Assembly (NCBI RefSeq): GCF_009914755.1
Contig: NC_060928.1
Length of the DNA stretch: 64,000 nt
From: the human T2T-CHM13v2.0 reference genome, Homo sapiens
Strand: one strand, 5' to 3'
In this document: in pieces, positions 60,400 to 64,000 of the stretch
How positions within the stretch are numbered: the first letter of the stretch is position 1
Layout of the letters: the number at the start of each line of letters is the position of its first letter
Notes under the pieces: generated by a model
What the model was told of the DNA's origin: nothing
Databases searched by the model: none
The model's input: only the letters and a program-made list of their open reading frames with translations
Translations under genes and position numbers: made by a program

Positions 60400-60720
60400 A
60401 GAGCTTAGTAGCTGATGAGTATTCACTGTGAACTAAGTGCTAAACCAGACACAAAGGAAAATTTGCACTTGCCTCTGAGAACTTACAATGTGGTTGGGGA
60501 TTTACAAGACACACGCAACTAAGTCCACTTTAGAAACTCACAGAGAAAATAATAGGGCAAACCTTAGACTTAACGACCCAAATAGATAATTAAGGTAAGC
60601 ATGATTTTTCAAAGTAAGTTTCCTCAGGAGGAGCTTTCTGAAGACATGCGTTTAAAGTCAAGTTTTCAAGAAAAAGATTAATTCGCAGGAAAAATTGGGG
60701 AGTGTATTCCAGATGAAGAT
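60400..60720 (-). mobile_element. L2 fragment
   Basis: cttgcctctgagaacttacaat...gtgtattccagatgaag. Confidence 0.55.
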
Positions 60721-60843
60721 GAAGTTTAACAACTATTTCTTGAATCGATGATTACAATTACATGCAAACATGATCGTTGAAAGAAAGCAATAAAAGTATT
60801 TATGTGAGATCTCTTTCCTTTGTATTCCATTTAAAAATTATAG

Positions 60844-61029
60844 TTGAAATCTGGTGAAACAGCTGCCAACATTGCTAGAGAGCTGGCTGAACAGACAAGA
60901 AATCACTTGAATGCTGGGGACATCACCTACTCTGTCCGGGCCATGGACCAGCTGGTAGGCCTCCTAGATGTACAGCTTCGGAACTTGACCCCAGGTGGAA
61001 AAGATAGTGCTGCCCGGAGTTTGAACAAG
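60844..61029 (+). CDS. ADGRL3: ADGRL3 coding exon, 186 nt, phase 0-0: start of GAIN subdomain A
   Basis: Acceptor tag|TTG and donor AAG|gtaagg. Encodes LKSGETAANIARELAEQTRNHLNAGDITYSVRAMDQLVGLLDVQLRNLTPGGKDSAARSLNK, in frame with the previous exon. Confidence 0.97.
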
Positions 61030-61045
61030 GTAAGGACCCTAATTA

Positions 61046-61049
<4 letters not shown>

Positions 61050-61084
<35 letters not shown>
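61050..61084 (+). repeat. (TG)17 microsatellite 20 nt downstream of the exon donor
   Basis: Read directly from the sequence. Confidence 0.97.
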
Positions 61085-61085
<1 letters not shown>

Positions 61086-63912
61086 TTTAAAGTTGTAATA
61101 AAATCAGAAAGACTTCACTGCTTAATTTTCCTCCTTCTACAGAATATGATCATTATAAAGAGAATCAACAGTTATTTTCAATTCCTTTGTTATTATAATA
61201 ATAGAACTGTGGTTCTTAATCTAAAGAAATGATAAATGATAATCTCTCTATATATATTTTGAATTTATAATTCTGTTTTCCATGGCAGTTATTCTGGTAT
61301 GCTAAATTCAGACAGGGTTAATGTAGATAAATGCAATTTCTTTTTTCTTTCAAACTTTTATTTTAAGATAATTGACAATAAAACAAATGTCTAGTCAATA
61401 AGTAAAACTTTAGAACATAATAACAAGAAGATGTTATAGATCTTCTTGTGGAAGAATGGATGGATCTCTATCATCAATTATAGATGATTTAAAAACTGAG
61501 ATAATTTATCCTAATTAATAAAACTTTAAAAAATCTCATAAGGCAAGAAATTAATTTCTACTTCCTTTTGACTTTGAAATCACTCAGATTTTGTATCACT
61601 AACATTAAAATGTTAAAAGCTTAAATATATTCCAGCAAATTTGAATTTGTAAGTAAAATAAATTATTTTTTAACTTCAGGGAAAATACATTTTATGAATT
61701 TTCATTTATATTTACATAAATGAAATAGGCATTTAGTTACATAAACATATAAATATATTTCATATATTTATAAATAATATAATTTATTTATTTAACAAAA
61801 TATCAGGTGGTGAATTAACCCCATGGTAAAACATATTAGCATAGCTACCTTCAAATGACATGGGTTCCCTGACTGGCATTTGTGTAGTAGAGATGTTCAA
61901 TGATTGAAACAATTTTAGGGCCTTGAATATCATGATAGCCTTACTACTTTAAAAAACAAGAATTTGACATTGCCAGACTAATATTCCTGTATGGAATTCA
62001 CTAAAAGAACATTCTCCTTTAGAATGAAAAATGACTCTGCAAAGTAGTCTTTTAATATGGTTAGTTCTTCTGTGTCTTACTAGGGTAAGAATTTCAGTCA
62101 TCAAAAGGAAAGAAATTTTCTAAATAATGATTATTCAACACAGAAAAGCCAGATATTTTATCTGGCAAACAGTTTTTTTTTTTCCCCTGCAATTTCATCT
62201 GTAAAAAACAGGTAAAGTTTTATTATTAGATATAAATTATTATTATTATTATTTTTCATTCTGAGCATAAAGGAGTTATTTTTGTTACTTATGCCCTTGA
62301 TAGAATCACAACCAGTTGCCTGATGGAATATAATCCACAGCTACCTATATAATCTGGGCGTGCTGTGATTTTAATGCGTTGTTGCCCAGACTGGCTGGAT
62401 GCTATTAATGAATATTGCTGCCAGCTATTGTTATCATAATGTACCGGATGTAGTCATTTCTATTAATGTTACATATCCATAACATGACTTGTTATAGCAA
62501 TACTTTGTATCTTTATTTAAAAATGGTGTTGATGTCTGACAATATCAGGTAAAGCTGGCAATTAATGTCACATTCTAACTGGCTACAGCTAATCAGCTTG
62601 CCTACTCTGAATATCAAATAACTAAATAATGGGCAAATTTCCATTTGTGAAGCTTTTTAATGCTTTTCTTTTGTTACCCATTTGGCTCTTTTCAGTTGTT
62701 TATATAATGTGGTTTGTCATATGTTAATTTGCATGATGGGGTAAGGAGATGGGAGGGCAAAGGTTATTCACATGCTTGCTGGCTTGCTCTCATTTCCTGT
62801 GGTTCTCACTTTCCCTGAAGCAGTTATAACCTATCAGATTTGCAAAGTCAACTCAGTACAAATCAATCGTGCTCTGTATTGAAATTCTGGAGGGTTTAGA
62901 GTCCTGCAAACCACGATGCAAGTCAGTGATCCAAGTGACAGCCCTGGCAATTTACTTGCACTCATTCCTTACTTAATTCTTTAGAGGAGTAACTGCTCTA
63001 TGCTCATTGAAGAATGCATGAATTAGAATTGGGAGAGTATAGGCCACACAAAAGGCATCTGGGTAACTGCTTCTTAAAACTGGGTAATTTTCTCCTTCAA
63101 CAATCAAGGCTACTGAGGAAAAAAAAAAATTGGAAAGAAGAGGAAAACCCACAAATGAATTTATAAAAATTTGGCTTATTTATTTAAACATGGTGGATGA
63201 ACTGTTATTAGTTATTCATTTTATCACCAGGAAATAATGTTTGGTGTGTAACAGGAGTTGCTGCTATCCTTTTGCCCAGAAAGACATCACTCTCTATGCA
63301 AACAAACAAACAGAAATATACTTCTTAACCCACCAAAGTTTCTATCATTTGTTTTTTGGTCAAAACTGTCAAAATAAATTCTTCAAGAAATAAAAGCAGT
63401 GATTAATCAGAAAATCACATCCTTTCAATCAGTAGCTAGTTATCTCTAGTATGTGCCCATTAGAATCAAAGAGTCATAATGAATGGGCATTTCTTTTTTC
63501 CTGATAAATAGAAGTTTTTGTATATATGAAGAACATATGATTTGTGGTGTACATTAACCGTTTATATTATCTGTAAACCACAAATAATCTATCTTTGAAA
63601 AATGGGTTCCAAACTTCTGATGCAATTTCCTTAACTTCATGTCTTTGTCACCCATAAATTCATAACTAACCTAATGTGAAATGAATCATTTCAAACGAAT
63701 GAAGTATATTGATTTTTACTAATTTCTACGAAATGTATTCAAAGATTTCTTGCTATCATTAACAACTTTATACCATAGAGTTTTCACTTAGGTTGTTCTG
63801 AAAGGATGTTGGCTACTATTTTTTAAGCCATTGCTTGCTTACATTTTGCTGCTGCTTAGCTTTCATTTTCTTCTGAAAAGTAGTGAATGACAAAATAAGG
63901 TGTTTTGTGTAG

Positions 63913-64000
63913 ATGTGTTCTTTTATTTTTCTTGTTTTCTTCTGTCACTAACTTGTTTTTTCTATTCTGTGTTTAATCTGCTGTCTTAATGGATTCAGCT
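63913..64000 (+). other. ADGRL3: 3' splice site and first 2 nt of the next ADGRL3 exon (probably the short LQKRERSCRAYVQ cassette), cut by the window edge
   Basis: AG-free U-rich zone 63913-63996, branch-point-like CACTAAC at 63946-63952, and ttcag|CT at 63998/63999. CTN would encode Leu in phase 0, the residue expected after SLNK. Confidence 0.7.

Overview
Human genomic DNA (it carries human-lineage AluYa5 and AluYb8 insertions) from inside the adhesion GPCR gene ADGRL3 (latrophilin-3, LPHN3), transcribed on the + strand. Three coding exons are complete: 43947-44249 (Ser/Thr/Pro linker and start of the hormone-binding domain), 47022-47125 (rest of that domain) and 60844-61029 (start of the GAIN domain). 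A probable fourth exon, the short LQKRERSCRAYVQ cassette, appears to begin at the last two bases of the window. The rest is intron rich in Alu, L1, L2, MIR, MaLR/ERV LTRs and DNA-transposon MITEs, plus one Y4 RNA retropseudogene. I found no new gene or multi-gene system. The most unusual signals are structural: (1) an L1 3'-transduction carrying a polyadenylated MER41 LTR piece; (2) an Alu-Alu inversion revealed by swapped target-site duplications (TSDs); (3) a roughly 200-bp templated copy of one Alu plus its unique flank into another Alu 7 kb away; (4) a near-perfect 36-bp template-switch hairpin resembling a pre-miRNA; (5) a near-identical inverted AluYb8 pair; (6) splicing and polyadenylation signals around the GAIN exons. 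Repeat family names are recognised from memory of consensus sequences, and boundaries of old repeats are approximate.
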